Shown: positions 42,242 through 54,522, counted from the stretch's first letter. The stretch is 64,000 nucleotides of DNA from Prasinococcaceae sp. CCMP 1430 (GCA_013416795.1 RQSC01000858.1:1-64000); one strand, 5' to 3'. Numbers and translations are program-made. Notes: generated by a model from the sequence alone, not told the origin.

Positions 42242-42733
42242 CCTGCGCGTGTGGGCGTGGGCGGGGAAGCTCGCGTGCAGCGAGGGGCTGGAGGGGCCGC
42301 AGAGGCCGCGGCGGGATCCGAAAGGAGGGGAGGAGACGCGGTGACGCCTTGCGGGGCAGGGGAAGCGGGGCGCCCGCCCGCCCTCCCGCCCGCCCGCCGC
42401 GCCGGCAGGCGCCCGCTCCTACTCCTGCCCCTGCCCCCGCCCCGGCGGACTGGCAGGGCGAGGCCGCGCGTGCGCGCGCCGCGCGCGGGCATGGCGCACG
42501 GAGCCCACGCGGTCCCGCTCGCAGCCAGGACAGATCGGGTCGGGCTGCGGGCGCCCCCGCGCGTGTGTTGCGCGGCGTGGGAGCGCGTCCGACCCGTCCA
42601 TCCTTCCCTCCCGGGCTTGGATGCCCGTGTTGAAGAGGATGCAATGCAATGACTGTGAGTTACGCGAAGAGAGTGTACAAGGCCTTCGGGCTTGGGCGGG
42701 GTGCGGGAGAGCGCGTGCGTGCGGCCAGGGCGG

Positions 42734-45700
42734 CTACAGCTTTACACCCCTGTCGACCATCCCCCCCATGATGTCGGTCGCGATGACGGAGCTCCTGCGC
42801 TTCGTCCTCTCCCGTCCCTCAGCTTGCGAGCTCACGATGTCGGCGGCGCTCAGGCTGGGCTTGGCGGCCCTCATTGTGTCGCCGTCTTTGCCGCCCGTGA
42901 AGAGTGTCATGGAGCCCTCGACGCCCGGCGGGTGCTCGAAGGCGTAGCCCGTGTGCCTCTTCCCCGACACGCCCACGATGCCACCCACGCACAAGCTCGA
43001 AAGGCAGGGCTTGCCATCGCCCGCCTCGGCGTCGGCGTCCGTGCCTGCCTTGCGGAGCGCGAGCATTGCGGCGGTGCCGGCGTCCTTGGCAGCTTTCCCC
43101 TTCGCACCGATCATCTCCTGGACGATTTGGTAGTCCATGGGAGCAAGGTACCTCTGGAAAGCCTGATGGGCGATGTCAGGCAGCAGCGCGGCGGGCACGC
43201 ACAGCAGCGCGCCCAGGAAGTAGCGCGGGGTGCCGAAGAGGTATTGGATGAGACCGAACACCGAAAAGGCGCCGCGCGGCGGGAAGCCGTCCACGCTTGG
43301 CGTCATGCCGTTGTACCCGAAGGCGAAGACAATCCAAAACGCGATGGAGCCCCAGATGACGATGTGGTGCCACGAGGTCAAGAAATTGACACACGTGGCC
43401 ACTCGGACGTTCACGACCAGCACCACGTACGTGTACGCGGCGGTGGCGGCCGACCATTGGCCGGACATGCGGCCGTCCGCGCTGTCCGCTCCCTCGAACA
43501 TGAAGTATGCGATGAAGAATATCACCAGCGACGCCCAAATGGAGCTCACGATCCAGCGCGCGAGCTCGGGGGCATTGAAGTACGAGTTGCGCACGCCGGC
43601 CATGTAGAGCCCCGGGTGCGCTTTTGCTGCCGTCACCTTAACATCCTGGTCGAGCAGACCCAGCGCAAATACGGGGATCGACGTGAAGAAGAGGTTGTAC
43701 GTCGACTGGTACCAGTCGTCGTAAAAGCGCTGGCCCGAATAGGCGGCGAACAACGTGAACCACACTTGCGTCAAGGTGTACGTGACGTTCTCTGCAGGAA
43801 GGGAGAGAAGAGCGGCGGTGGGACGCAACGCAGCATCAGCATGTGGTCATCGAATCTTGCGCAACCACTGCGCTGCTTGTTGTGGGGCGAGTGACGGCAG
43901 CACGCGGCCACAGGGCGCGCAGCGGCACGGCTCGCCGCATAATCCGCGCATTGCGAGGCGCGCTTGGGCACACATCGCGCTGCACGCACTGTAGAAGAAG
44001 TACCCGATGACCTTTGCGATGCGCAGGTATGCGTAACGACCGTGGTTGATGAGCAGGTCCTCGAGGAATCGAAATCGCGCGATCGCAAAGTCCGATGCCA
44101 TCACTGCTTGCATGCCCTCCTCGCCCGAGATGCCAACGCCGATATGTGCCGCCTGAATCATCGAGACGTCATTCGCGCCGTCGCCGATGGCAAGCGTCAC
44201 CTGCTGCGCGCCTTCCTTGACCATACGCAGCACGTCAGCCTTCTGCATGGGCGATACGCGGCAGCAGACCACGGCCTTGCACTGCATGCCCACATCCAAG
44301 AATTGCGACTTCAGTCCAGTCTTGGTGAGATCGGCCATGATCATCGCGAGTGCCGTGCCGTCGACAATAATTGAAACCTCGATCTTGTCACCGTGCTCCT
44401 TGAGGAAGCTTGCGGCGTCGGCGAGCGTCTTGATGGCCACAGCTCCGAGCGCCGCTTTGGGGTCGTCGCCGCGTTGCTCGGCGTCCACCACCTCGTCGGC
44501 GTCCGCGCTCACCACGTACTGTTTCTGGTGGTTGCCCAGCAGCGAACACGCATATCCGATGTTAATCGCCGTCTCGAGCTTGTCGCCGGTGAGCACCCAG
44601 ATCTTGAGCCCCGCGCGCCCAAGCTTGTCGATGCACTCGGGCACGCCATCCTGCAGCTTGTCCTCGATCGCCGTGCAGCCAAGCAGCACGAGCTTGTTCT
44701 CGATGTCCTCTGCGCACGCAGCCATTTTAGCGTCGCGATCGTCCATCGCCGCGCGGGCGGCCTCCCACTTGGCCGACCACGCATTCCATTCGCCGGCGCT
44801 CAGCTCGCGCATGGCGATGCACAGCGTGCGCAGGCCGTCGCCGCCAAATTTGATCAGGTCCTCGAAGGTCACTTGCTTGTTGGCCGCGTTGGTGGGGTGC
44901 GCCTCATCAAGGCGCTCGTAGATGACGTTGTCGGCGCCCTTGCAATACAGCACTACTCGGCCTTCCGGCGTGCGCACGATGGTCGACGAGCGCTTGCGCG
45001 TCGAGTTGAACTCGAGAACGGCCAGAATTTCGTAGCGCTGGTCCTCGGTACGTCCCTCCTGGCGCACGTTGCGCTCTTTGACGAAGCACTCGGTGGGGCT
45101 ACGATGGTAGAAGAACCAACCCATCACCTTGGCGGCCACCACGAGCGCATTCTCGTCGGGGCTACTGGCCTGGTATTGCATGAGGCTCGGATCGTCCGAG
45201 CCACCCTCGGGCATTACCGTGTGACAGACTGCCAAGCAGCGGAAGAACTCAGCGATTTGGCTCGCGCTGGCCTCCTTGCGCCAGTTGCCGTTCAGCAGGC
45301 GCGGATCGTCGAAGTTGAAAAATGTCTCGCGAGCGCGCTTCCCCTCGGAGATCTGTTTCACCTCTGCGATCTTGTGCCCCAGGCGGCGCGCGGCGGCGCG
45401 CTGGATCTCGGTGATGCCTTGCCCATACGATACGCCAGCGATCGAGCATTTGAAGAACTCCATCAGGTTCCGCGTGAGCGTGCCCGTCTTGTCCGAGAAG
45501 ACGTACTGGATCTGACCGAGCTCCTCATTGAGGTTGGACGTGCGCGCCAACGCAGGCGTGTCGCTCTCAGCGTGGTACATGTTGATGTCCTTGTTCATGA
45601 ACTGCGTTGCTGTCGTAAACTTGATCACTTCGACCGTCACGTACAGCGAGATTGGGATGAGCGTGGAGAAGAGCGTGAGCAGCGTGAGAAAGTTGAGCAC

Positions 45701-47341
45701 ACCCACGAGCGGTAGGCCTTCGGGGTCAAAGAGGGCGTCCGCCTCGTCGAGCTGGAGATACCAGTGCGACTTGTCCATGGCAACGGGCAGCCCCACTGCG
45801 CCAATCATGCAGATGACGAAGAGCAGACCAAACATAAACATGATGAGCTTGTCGAGCTGACGTTCGAGGCTTGAGCGCTTGCTCGGAGGGTCGGTCGAGT
45901 TCATCATGACCTTGGACTCGTGTCCCGTGAAGACGCTGACGCCGCACACCCAGCGGGTATTTTTGAGCACGCAGCCACGCAGCAGAATGCAAGAGGGGTC
46001 GACGGGGATGGTCTTGCCACCTAGTACAACGTTGCCGGTGAATGTGTACAAGTGCGGGTTGGGCAACTCACACTCGACGCGCCCAGACACGCCCGCCAGC
46101 AGCCGCTCGGGGTCATCCATGCAGTCCTTGGTTTCCTCGAGGCTTTTTTTGCACTTGAGGTTGGTCTCGCCGTCGAGGTTCATGGTCTCAATGAAGCACG
46201 TGCCGTCCGCCTCGCTCGAGCACAATCCGATCATGTCCACGGGGAAGTTCTCCTTGTTACGCACGCGCACAATGTCGCCCACCTGAACCTCGCCCCACTC
46301 GACCACACTGAAGTGCCCACCGCGGAGGACCTTAGTACGATGAAGCGCCAGTACGCGCACAACCGCGTGCGTGGTGAGATGTTTGTGGTGGTGGTGGGGG
46401 GGGGGGGGCAGAGGACAGGGTATCAGGCTGTCAGCACGCCATACCAAGCCAGCGCGTGCACAATTGGGGTGGGTCGGAGAGGAGGCCAAGGTGCAGGCAT
46501 CAATTCTCCCGCTCTCCCACCCGCACAAGAAGGCGCATGAACTTGGTGATCCAGGCGGCGTGCATCCTCGATCTCGCGCGCTCACCTCAGTATAATCCTG
46601 GTTGATCTCGCGGTCCTTCACATAGCGCTTGTAGTCCTCAAATGCCTCCTTGAGTAGAGAGACGGAAAGCACGCAGACGAGCGGGAAGATGTTGGTCACC
46701 GGCGACACCGGCGATATCGGTGTCGCTGACATGGCCGCAATGAGTAGGAAGTACACGTTGGCCACACGCCGGAACTGCTCGTAGAGACCCTTCGGCAGGA
46801 ACGAGTACATCGTGTACTTGGTAGTGGAGATGTTGTTGCCGCAAAACTTCTTCTCGGCATTCGCCGTGGCATTGTTGATGACGAACTCACGGTGCGCCAA
46901 CGTGGCGCCATCGTCATCAGCCGCCTGAGTGAGGAGCGCGAGCACGTGCAGCGGTGAGTGTGGGTTGTGGGATCGGTGGTGGTATGAGTACGCTCAAGGC
47001 GGCGCGCCCAGAGCACGCGCCAGTAGCGATGACCAATGCCGCCAGGTGCACGCACTGATGCGTCAGATCGCAGCAAGCGGCAATGGGCGCGCGCGCCAGC
47101 GCCCCACAAGGGTCGGGCCTGAGACGGCCACAGCAAAATCCCGCCCGCGCCACGGTCCCTACGGGGCGTTGCAGCGCTGCTGCGCGGCGCGGTGCGCCAG
47201 CACGAGCTCGCACCCGGAGGTGGATGGCGTCTGCGCGCCCTCCCCAAAGCGCATACGCCCCGACCCACGCTTCCCTGCATCCATGCGCGCACATGCCTCC
47301 CCCTTCCTAACCCCCCCGCATTCGCGCGTTGGACGCACCAT
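42734..47341 (-). CDS. P4-type ATPase phospholipid flippase (ALA3-like), exons 47341-47339 (ATG only, tentative), 46924-46586, 46330-43990, 43791-42734
   Basis: ISTTKY..FLPKGLYEQFRRVAN, ETMNLDGETNLK, PISLYV, FSDKTGTLT, YQASSPDE, KGAD, AIEDKLQ, WVLTGDK, AIGDGANDVSMIQ, YFFY|KNV, SGQRFYDDW. Confidence 0.92.
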
Positions 47342-47731
47342 CGGAACGACCTTGCCGCCGCCCTTGCTCCCCGTGTTGCCCGGTGGGTGTGGGCGGGCAG
47401 GGGCTCTCCCGCGCGCTCGCGCGCGCGCGCGCTCTGTAGGGGAGGAGCGGACAGGTGGGCGGGCGGGAGGCGGGGGAGAAGGAGGGCGACGGACCCTCTC
47501 GCGCCCCTGCGCCTCCCCTGCGCCGCGCGCCGCGACGCTGAGGAGTGGCACGTCCTCCCCGCCTCCCCCCCGCCCCCGTGCCCCCTCCCCCACCCCGCCC
47601 GCCCGTGCGCGCGCGCCCCTCCGCGATCGGCGCGAACTGGCACTCAAGGCCGGGTGGCTGTGGAGCGGACGCGCGGACTGTTGGACGGGCGAGGGACCGG
47701 TGCTCAAAACTTGCGCGGAGCGCGGTGCCAA

Positions 47732-49330
47732 TTACCGCCGCTGCGAGCCGTCGCCGCCGGCGCCGCCGGCGCCCTTTTCCGCCGCCTGGCGGCGCTTCTC
47801 CGCCGCCTGCCGCGAGAGCTCCGCCAGGCGCGCCGCGGCGGTATCGCCGGCGATGGGAGTGCCGCCTCGGCCCTCCATGGCGCGGCGTTGCACCTCAGCG
47901 ATGCGGCGTCGGCGCTCCACACGCTCCGTGTCGGCGCCCTCGGCGCCCTCGGCGTCCTCCGCGGCGGCGGCGGCGTGCTGCTCCGAGGCGGCTTCGCGCT
48001 GGCGCGCCTCGTCCGCGGCGCGCTCGTCCTGGCGCATGCGACGCTCACCGGCGTAGTCCTGTAGCTTGTACAACATGCGCTCGAAGTTCTCATCCGCTGT
48101 TCCGATGCGGTGCCACGCCGCGCGCGCGAGCGGGCGGCCCCCCCGCCGGCTGCGGCGGCCACGCCGCTGCGGGAGCAGCGCATCCAGCTCCGGCCCATCT
48201 GGCACAGCCACCTCGTCCTGCAGCGCGTCCTCGCCCGCACCCCCAGCGGCGTTCGGTGTCTCGGCGTCAGCCGACGCGCCCTCGCCCGCCGCGGCAGTCG
48301 CCGTCGCCTTCGTCGCAGCGACGATCCGCTCGCGGCGGTGTGCCTTGATCACTCTGCCCAGCTTCGGATCGGACTCGTCGTACTCGGACAGCTTCACTGA
48401 CAGGCCCTCGAAGCGGTCCTCGGCAGCGGCGTCATAGAGCTCGTGTGCCTCAATGGCAGTGACGCCCTCGCCCGTCGGCTTGATCCGGTCTGCGGCCGTG
48501 ATGCCGCGCCACAGCTGCCTCGCCATCGCCTTGCGGTTCTGACGCGCGAACGCGCTGACCCTCTCTGAGTGCGCGTTGAAGTATCGCACCAGCCCTGGGT
48601 CGGCGTCCTTCCAAATGTCCGCGTGCGCCACGTCGTCGATGCCGTCGAGCGCGGTCTCGCGGCGCTCGCGATCCGCCACGGTGCCCGCGGACTCCTCGGG
48701 TGTGATTCTTCGCGACGCCCTGATGCCACGCGGCAACCCCGTGTAGTCGCGCGGCGGAGTATACAACTCCTTCCTCCCAGAGACCGGGCTCGGTAGACGG
48801 CCATCCTCGACGGCCGCCTGCATCGCAAAGGTGAACAGCTCGCCGCGGCGCTTGCTCAGCGCGGGCACGCGCTCGCCCTCCACCAGGCGCTCCATGCGCC
48901 GCGACATACGTCGCACCGTCAGCGTGGGGGGCGCGCCCGGCTCGGGCTCCACCACACCGCGCGGGAAGCGGCGCGCAGCGCGGGCGAGCACGCCGAGCGC
49001 GGCCTTGCTGTCCGAGTCAATGCTGAGCGCGGCCCGCACGATCGCGCGGCGCTGCTCGACGTCAGCAGGGTCGAACGTGCGGCCCGTCGCCGCGATCGGG
49101 AAGCTCACGCCATCGCCCTTGGCTTGCTCGAGCGCCGCCTCGAACGTCTCCTCGCCGCGCGCACTGGTGCGCTCGGCCGCTGGCGCCCACCACGCTCCGC
49201 GCGGGGCGCTGCGCGCGGCCCCGTCGCGCGCNCCCACCCGCGCCCTAACGGATGGCGCTCGGCGCGCGCGTGCCCACACTTTGGGTTTTACGTCACTTTG
49301 CATGAGGACGAGCCGCTCGCTTCGGTGCAT
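47732..49330 (-). CDS. Hypothetical protein (~500 aa) with coiled-coil C-terminus; 5' end uncertain (N at 49232)
   Basis: Long ORF with a normal globular composition, unlike the Arg/Pro-rich shadow frames. No family recognised. Confidence 0.55.
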   Translation of the reverse strand: MHRSERLVLMQSDVKPKVWARARRAPSVRARVXARDGAARSAPRGAWWAPAAERTSARGEETFEAALEQAKGDGVSFPIAATGRTFDPADVEQRRAIVRAALSIDSDSKAALGVLARAARRFPRGVVEPEPGAPPTLTVRRMSRRMERLVEGERVPALSKRRGELFTFAMQAAVEDGRLPSPVSGRKELYTPPRDYTGLPRGIRASRRITPEESAGTVADRERRETALDGIDDVAHADIWKDADPGLVRYFNAHSERVSAFARQNRKAMARQLWRGITAADRIKPTGEGVTAIEAHELYDAAAEDRFEGLSVKLSEYDESDPKLGRVIKAHRRERIVAATKATATAAAGEGASADAETPNAAGGAGEDALQDEVAVPDGPELDALLPQRRGRRSRRGGRPLARAAWHRIGTADENFERMLYKLQDYAGERRMRQDERAADEARQREAASEQHAAAAAEDAEGAEGADTERVERRRRIAEVQRRAMEGRGGTPIAGDTAAARLAELSRQAAEKRRQAAEKGAGGAGGDGSQRR

Positions 49331-49634
49331 CAAATGCACGCACGTGCACGTCGGATCACACCCATTTCAGGTCAATACAAAATCAGGGTTTAATTTCATC
49401 ACCTATGCATTTTGATGTATTTTATTGATTTTGATGGCCGGCGCGGCGGGCGCGTTCCGGAAGCGCGGCGGCGGCCGCCGCGGGCGCGAGGGGGAGCGAG
49501 CGGGGCGGTGCCACACGGCGCGCCTGCGGCGGGGTTGCATGTTACGCACGAGCGCACCTGCGCGGGCAGCAGCGGGGGGCGCCCGATCCTCCGCGCGCCG
49601 ATCGGCCGCCGCGCGCCGCGCGCGCGCCGCCGCG

Positions 49635-50641
49635 ATGGCGCCGTTCGACAAGGAGAGCGCCGCGGGCGCGCGCTTCCAGTACGACGACGCCGAGAGCGAG
49701 GTGACGCTCTCCGTGCCGATCGGTGCGGGCGTCAAGTCCAAGGACATCGCGTACAAGCTGCGGCCGTCGCACCTCACACTGGGCATCAAGGGCGGCGAGA
49801 CGCTCATCGACGAGGATCTCGGCGGCACCGTGCAGGTCGATGAGTGCTTCTGGGAGATCGATACCGTTGACGGCGAGCGCTGCGTGAACGTCGTGATGGC
49901 CAAGGCGCAGCGCTACGCCGACTGGGAGTTCTGCCTCAAGAGCGAGGACAAGCCCGCTGACATGACCATCACCGACAAGGTCTTCTTTGACATTTCCATC
50001 GGTGACAAGGACGTCGGCCGCATCGTCTTCGGCCTCTTCGGCAAGCAGGTGCCCAAGACCGTCGAGAACTTTCGCGCGCTGTGCACGGGCGAGAAGGGCG
50101 AGGGCAAGGCCGGCAAGCCGCTGCACTACAAGGGCTGCGCGTTCCACCGCATCATCCCGGGCTTCATGTGCCAGGGTGGCGACTTCACGAACGGCAACGG
50201 CACCGGCGGCGAGTCCATCTACGGCGAGAAGTTTGACGACGAGAACTTCGGCATCAAACACACTGAGAAGGGCCTCCTGTCGATGGCCAACGCTGGTCCG
50301 GGTACGAATGGCTCGCAGTTCTTCATCACCACGGCCATCACCGGCCATCTCGATGGCAAGCATGTCGTGTACGGCAAGGTTCTGGAGGGGTATAAGGAGG
50401 TCGTGCTGAAGGTCAGATGCGCGCACGCGCATTGGGGTCGCGAGGCCTCGGACACGAGTGTGCGCGCGGGGCGCTCAGCGCCCGACCGCCGTGCTATCCT
50501 TACAAGCATTGCTGACTCAGCTCGCGCGCGTCGCTTTGCTCCCCGCACCCCCTGCAGATGGAGGCCGTGGGCTCCGGCGGAGGCGAGACGTCCGAGCCGG
50601 TCGTCATCAAGGACTGCGGCGTTCTGCCCGTCGACGCGTGA
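49635..50641 (+). CDS. CS (p23/NudC-like) domain fused to a cyclophilin PPIase, 2 exons (49635-50411, 50558-50641)
   Basis: N-terminal [28 protein letters not shown] resembles a CS domain. The cyclophilin has [16 protein letters not shown] and [25 protein letters not shown]. Splicing restores VVLK|MEAVGS..VVIKDCG. Confidence 0.88.
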
Positions 50642-51109
50642 GCGCGCACGCTCACCTGCGCCCGTGCCCGCGCCGGCGCCTGCACATACCGTAATCGCCG
50701 CCGTCCTGGTCGTCCCTCCCCCCCTCTACCGCCGCCCTCAAACGCCCCTGTCGTCTGCCTGCCGCGTGTATCTCCCTGCGCGCCTGGCTGCTCGCCTCGC
50801 CTCGCCTCGCGCCGCTCCTCGAGGCCCTGTGGGCGTCACCACTCCTGCGTGCGCACATCAGGGTTAACCCCAATAAACACCTAACCCTATCGCAGAAACG
50901 CTCTCGAGTTGACCTGCGACGAGTGTGTGTGTGTGAGCGGCGGCGCCCCACACGCCGCGCGCAGGCGCTGCCCCCACCCCCCCATCCACGGGCGGTGCCG
51001 GGTGCTCGCGGTGGAGGGAGGGGGCGAGGATCGACCGCGCTGGTGCGGGGCTGTGGCGGGCGGGCAGCGCGCCGGGTGCGGTTTGCGCGCGCGCGCGGGA
51101 GGGGGGTTG

Positions 51110-53182
51110 ATGTCGGTGCTGCTCGAGACGACGCGCGGCGACGTGGTCGTGGACGTCGCGGCGGCGCGAGCGCCGCTGTGCGCGGCGAGCTTCTGCGCGC
51201 TGGCCGAGCTCGGGCGGTACGACGGCGCGCTCTTCCACGGCGTGCAGCGCGGATTTGTGGCGCGCTGCGGCGAACGCGACGCGGCCTCGGGCGAGGCGGC
51301 GCTCTTCGGCGGCGCCCGGCGCCACTGCTCCGCCTACGGCGTGCTGCGCGGCGACCCCGACCGCTGCCGCTGCGTCGAGGACGAGGCCGGGCTCAGTCAT
51401 GCGGCCAAGTACTCGGTGGCGTTCGACAAGGCCGAGGCGGGTGGCAACGCTGCCAACTTCTACATAACGCTGCGCGAGGGCCTCGACTACCTCGATGAGG
51501 GCGCGACGGTGTTTGGCGTCGTTGCCGAGGGCGGCGATATCGTGGACTCGCTGGGCGAGCTGCCTATCGACGCTGAAGGGCGGCCGCGCGTGAATGTGCG
51601 CGTGTTGCGCGCGCACGTGCTGGAGCGCGCACCGCTGGCGGAACAGCCCGATCGCGACGCGCTCGAGCGGCTGCTGCGCGAGCGCGGCAGCGAGCGCGAG
51701 CGTGCGCGTGCCGCCGCGACCGCGGCCGATGCGCGGGGGCGCGCCGACTTTGACGGGCGGCTAGAGGACGGGTTCGTGCCGAAGGCAGGCGGCGAGGGGC
51801 TTGATGCGGAGGCGCTGCGCAAGAAGGAGGCGCGCTCGCATGTTGAAGTGCTCGAGATGCTAGGCGATCTGCCCACTGCGGACGCTCGTCCGCCTGAGAA
51901 CGCGCTCTTCGTGTGCAAGCTCAATCCAGTGACGCGTGACGAGGACCTGGAGATCATATTCGGTCGCTTCGGTCCGGTGTCGAGCTGCGAGGTCGTGCGC
52001 GATGCGGCGACAGGCGACTCGCTGTGCTACGCCTTCGTGTGGTATCAGGAGCGGTCGGCCGCCGAGGTGCGCGCAAGCGCAGCCGAGCGCGTACTGCGCG
52101 CGCGCAAGGCGCAGAATGCAACCGCTCTCGCGCGCTGACACTCGAAGCGCCAATGCCTCCTCACGCGTCGACACCCGCAACCCCTCGTGCACCACGCGCG
52201 TCGCCAGGCGGCCTACCTGAAGATGGACAACGCGTTGGTCGACGATCGCCGCATTCGTGTGGACTTTTCGCAGAGCGTCAAGCGGCTCTTCGGTAAGTAT
52301 CGCTCTGGCGGCGCTCGTGCCGACCGTGCGAGCGGGCTCGAGGCGGAGGAATTCGGAGGCGCCGGCGGTGGTCGCAGTGGTGGCGGCCGTGGACGTGGCA
52401 GAGGAGGGCGCTTTGGATCTGGTGGCAGAGGTGGAAGGGGGGCGTCTGGCGGGCGCTTTGGCTCGCACGGGCAGCGTGAGGGCGCCCCGCAGCTGCAACT
52501 GCGTGCGAGCGCGGCGCGCGGGCTCAGTGGGCCGCTACTGCTCCCGGCTCGCCCGCGGCCCGCGGATGCGGAGCAGCGGCAATCGCAGGCGCAGGTGCCA
52601 CCGCAACCGGGGGAACAGCAGCAGCGGCAGCAGCAGCAGCAGGAGCAGGAACAGCACCAACGGCAAAGCAGGCGCGAAGAGGATCGCCCTGATCATGGAC
52701 GTGGTGACAGAGAAAGGGATGACGAAACTCATAGGCGCCATCATCATCACGAGAAGCGCCACAAGCACCACAAGGAGCGACATCACTCCAGCCACCGCAG
52801 GCGCCACGACAGTGACGATGAGGATGCTCGGGGTAGGGACGACGGGGAGCGGCGCGATACGCACCGAGAGCATGGTGAGCGCAGGCATCACTCCAGCAGG
52901 TCAGATCGCGAGCGGGGGCGTGAGAGCGAGCGCAGCAGGAGCAGGCACCACTCGCACAAGGCGGAGCGCAAACACTCCCATCGCGATCATCACGATCGTG
53001 ACCGCGACCGCGATCGTGACCGCGACCGCGATCGTGACCGCGACCGCGATCGTGACCGCGACCGCGATCGTGACCGCGACCGCGATCGTGACCGCGACCG
53101 CGACAGGCGCCGCGACCGCGACCGCGATCGTGATAAGAAGCACAGGCGAGAGCGCGAGAGAGATCACAGGGATCGGGAGTAA
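51110..53182 (+). CDS. PPIL4: Cyclophilin-RRM protein PPIL4/CYP59-like with RD-rich tail, 2 exons (51110-52066, 52208-53182)
   Basis: MSVLLETTRGDVVVD, PPENALFVCKLNPVTRDEDLEIIFGRFG, GDSLCYAF, AE|AAYLKMDNALVDDRRIRVDFSQSV. The tail includes six copies of an 18-bp DRDRDR unit (52994-53101). Confidence 0.9.
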
Positions 53183-53361
53183 TCACATGCGTTTGTGTAC
53201 TCGAATGGCGTTGGGTAAGGGTGCCATCGCGCGCCATGGCAGAGAGCTCCCCCTGATTTCGCGCGCCACCAATTTTCTTCAATGCATCATCTGTAAGTCG
53301 TGCCCCTCCGGGAACGCTAGCTCGCGATTGCTGCGTGCAAGACGTTTGAATGCCCACGGAG

Positions 53362-53799
53362 TCATGAGCTTGCCAGGACGTTGTCTGCGAGCCATCCGCG
53401 TAAGGCGTCTGGTGCGGCTACCGCGCGCTGGCGAACGTCACGCTCGAGCACGAGCAGCTCCGCAGCGAGCATGAGCGCCTCCTCGCGCGGCGGTAGGCCC
53501 GAGCCGCACATGCTGTGAAACGCCGCCTCGGCACCCTCGGCCCTTTCTTGTCCATCAACACCTCGGTTTGCGCCCTCGAGCGACCGCCGGTCGCTGCCGG
53601 CCACTGGCACGCGCACAGCGCTCCCGATGGTGGGCTCATCATTCTCTGAGCTCGCGGCACCCGAACCGCCCCGCGGCTCGCCTCCCGCGCCCGTCTGGGC
53701 GCGCATCTCTGTCGCTGCCTGCAGCAGCTCCTCGCGCCGCGCGGCGAGGCTCGCCGCACCGCCGCCGCCACCGTTGCCTTGCATCTCCGCCTCGCTCAT
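53362..53799 (-). CDS. Hypothetical 145-aa protein
   Basis: ATG-initiated frame with a helical C-terminal segment (EEALMLAAELLVLERDVRQRAV). No family recognised. Confidence 0.4.
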   Translation of the reverse strand: MSEAEMQGNGGGGGAASLAARREELLQAATEMRAQTGAGGEPRGGSGAASSENDEPTIGSAVRVPVAGSDRRSLEGANRGVDGQERAEGAEAAFHSMCGSGLPPREEALMLAAELLVLERDVRQRAVAAPDALRGWLADNVLASS

Positions 53800-54149
53800 G
53801 CGCACGGCCTCTCTCCCTCCTCCCTGCGCCTCCGCTCCTCCGTGGCGCCACGAGCGTCCGCGAGAGCGCTCGCTCCCAACGCGCCCTGCGCCGACAAACC
53901 CCTCCCACCCCCTTCCCGAACCCGACGCCGCGCGCGCTCGCGAGCTCTTTGGGCAGGATCTCGTGCGCCTGAGCCTCTGCGGGGAGCGGTGGCGAAGGGC
54001 ACCGCCGCGCCAACACCCCCCTCCCCACAACCACGGCGCGCGCGCCCTGTGGCGCGCACACGCGCCGCTGCCACTCCGCCCGCGCCAATGCAGAATTTTT
54101 GTTTTTGAATCGCTGCGCGTGTTTGGTACGCCCCCGCACCCTTCTATAA

Positions 54150-54522
54150 TTCAATCGAAGGAATAATTTAACCACGGGAATGTACATCATGCCAGTGGCT
54201 ATATCAAAGCGCATGCCGTATGGGCTGGCGTTTTTTTGGGGAATCGCGGCGCGCGTTCCTGCGCACATCTCGAATCCAATCGAAGGAATGATGTAACCAC
54301 GGGACTCTATTACAACTGAGTGTCAGTGTCTATATCAAATCGCATGGGCTGATCTGAATCTGCTCGCGTTTTTTTTTTTTGAATCCGATCGCGCCACATC
54401 GCACGCACATCGCACGTAGGAAGTAGTAGGAACTTCCTCCGCTTCCCACCCGCGCACTGCGCCTATTCAATCGAAGGAATAATGTAACCACGGGAATGTA
54501 ATGGCGGCTCTATCAAAGCGCA
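54150..54522. repeat. Three dispersed copies of a bipartite AT-rich element
   Basis: Block A CAATCGAAGGAATRATKTAACCACGGGA at ~54152, ~54277 and ~54468. Block B CTAT(AT)CAAA(G/T)CGCA at ~54199, ~54330 and ~54510. Confidence 0.9.

Noticed and set aside
52994-53101. 18-bp perfect repeat as a mobile or novel element
   Set aside because: It encodes the RD-dipeptide tail normal for PPIL4/CYP59-type splicing proteins.
54150-54522. CRISPR array interpretation of the repeat-spacer pattern
   Set aside because: Only three copies, irregular spacing, a second conserved block inside the spacers, no cas genes, and a eukaryotic intron-containing context.
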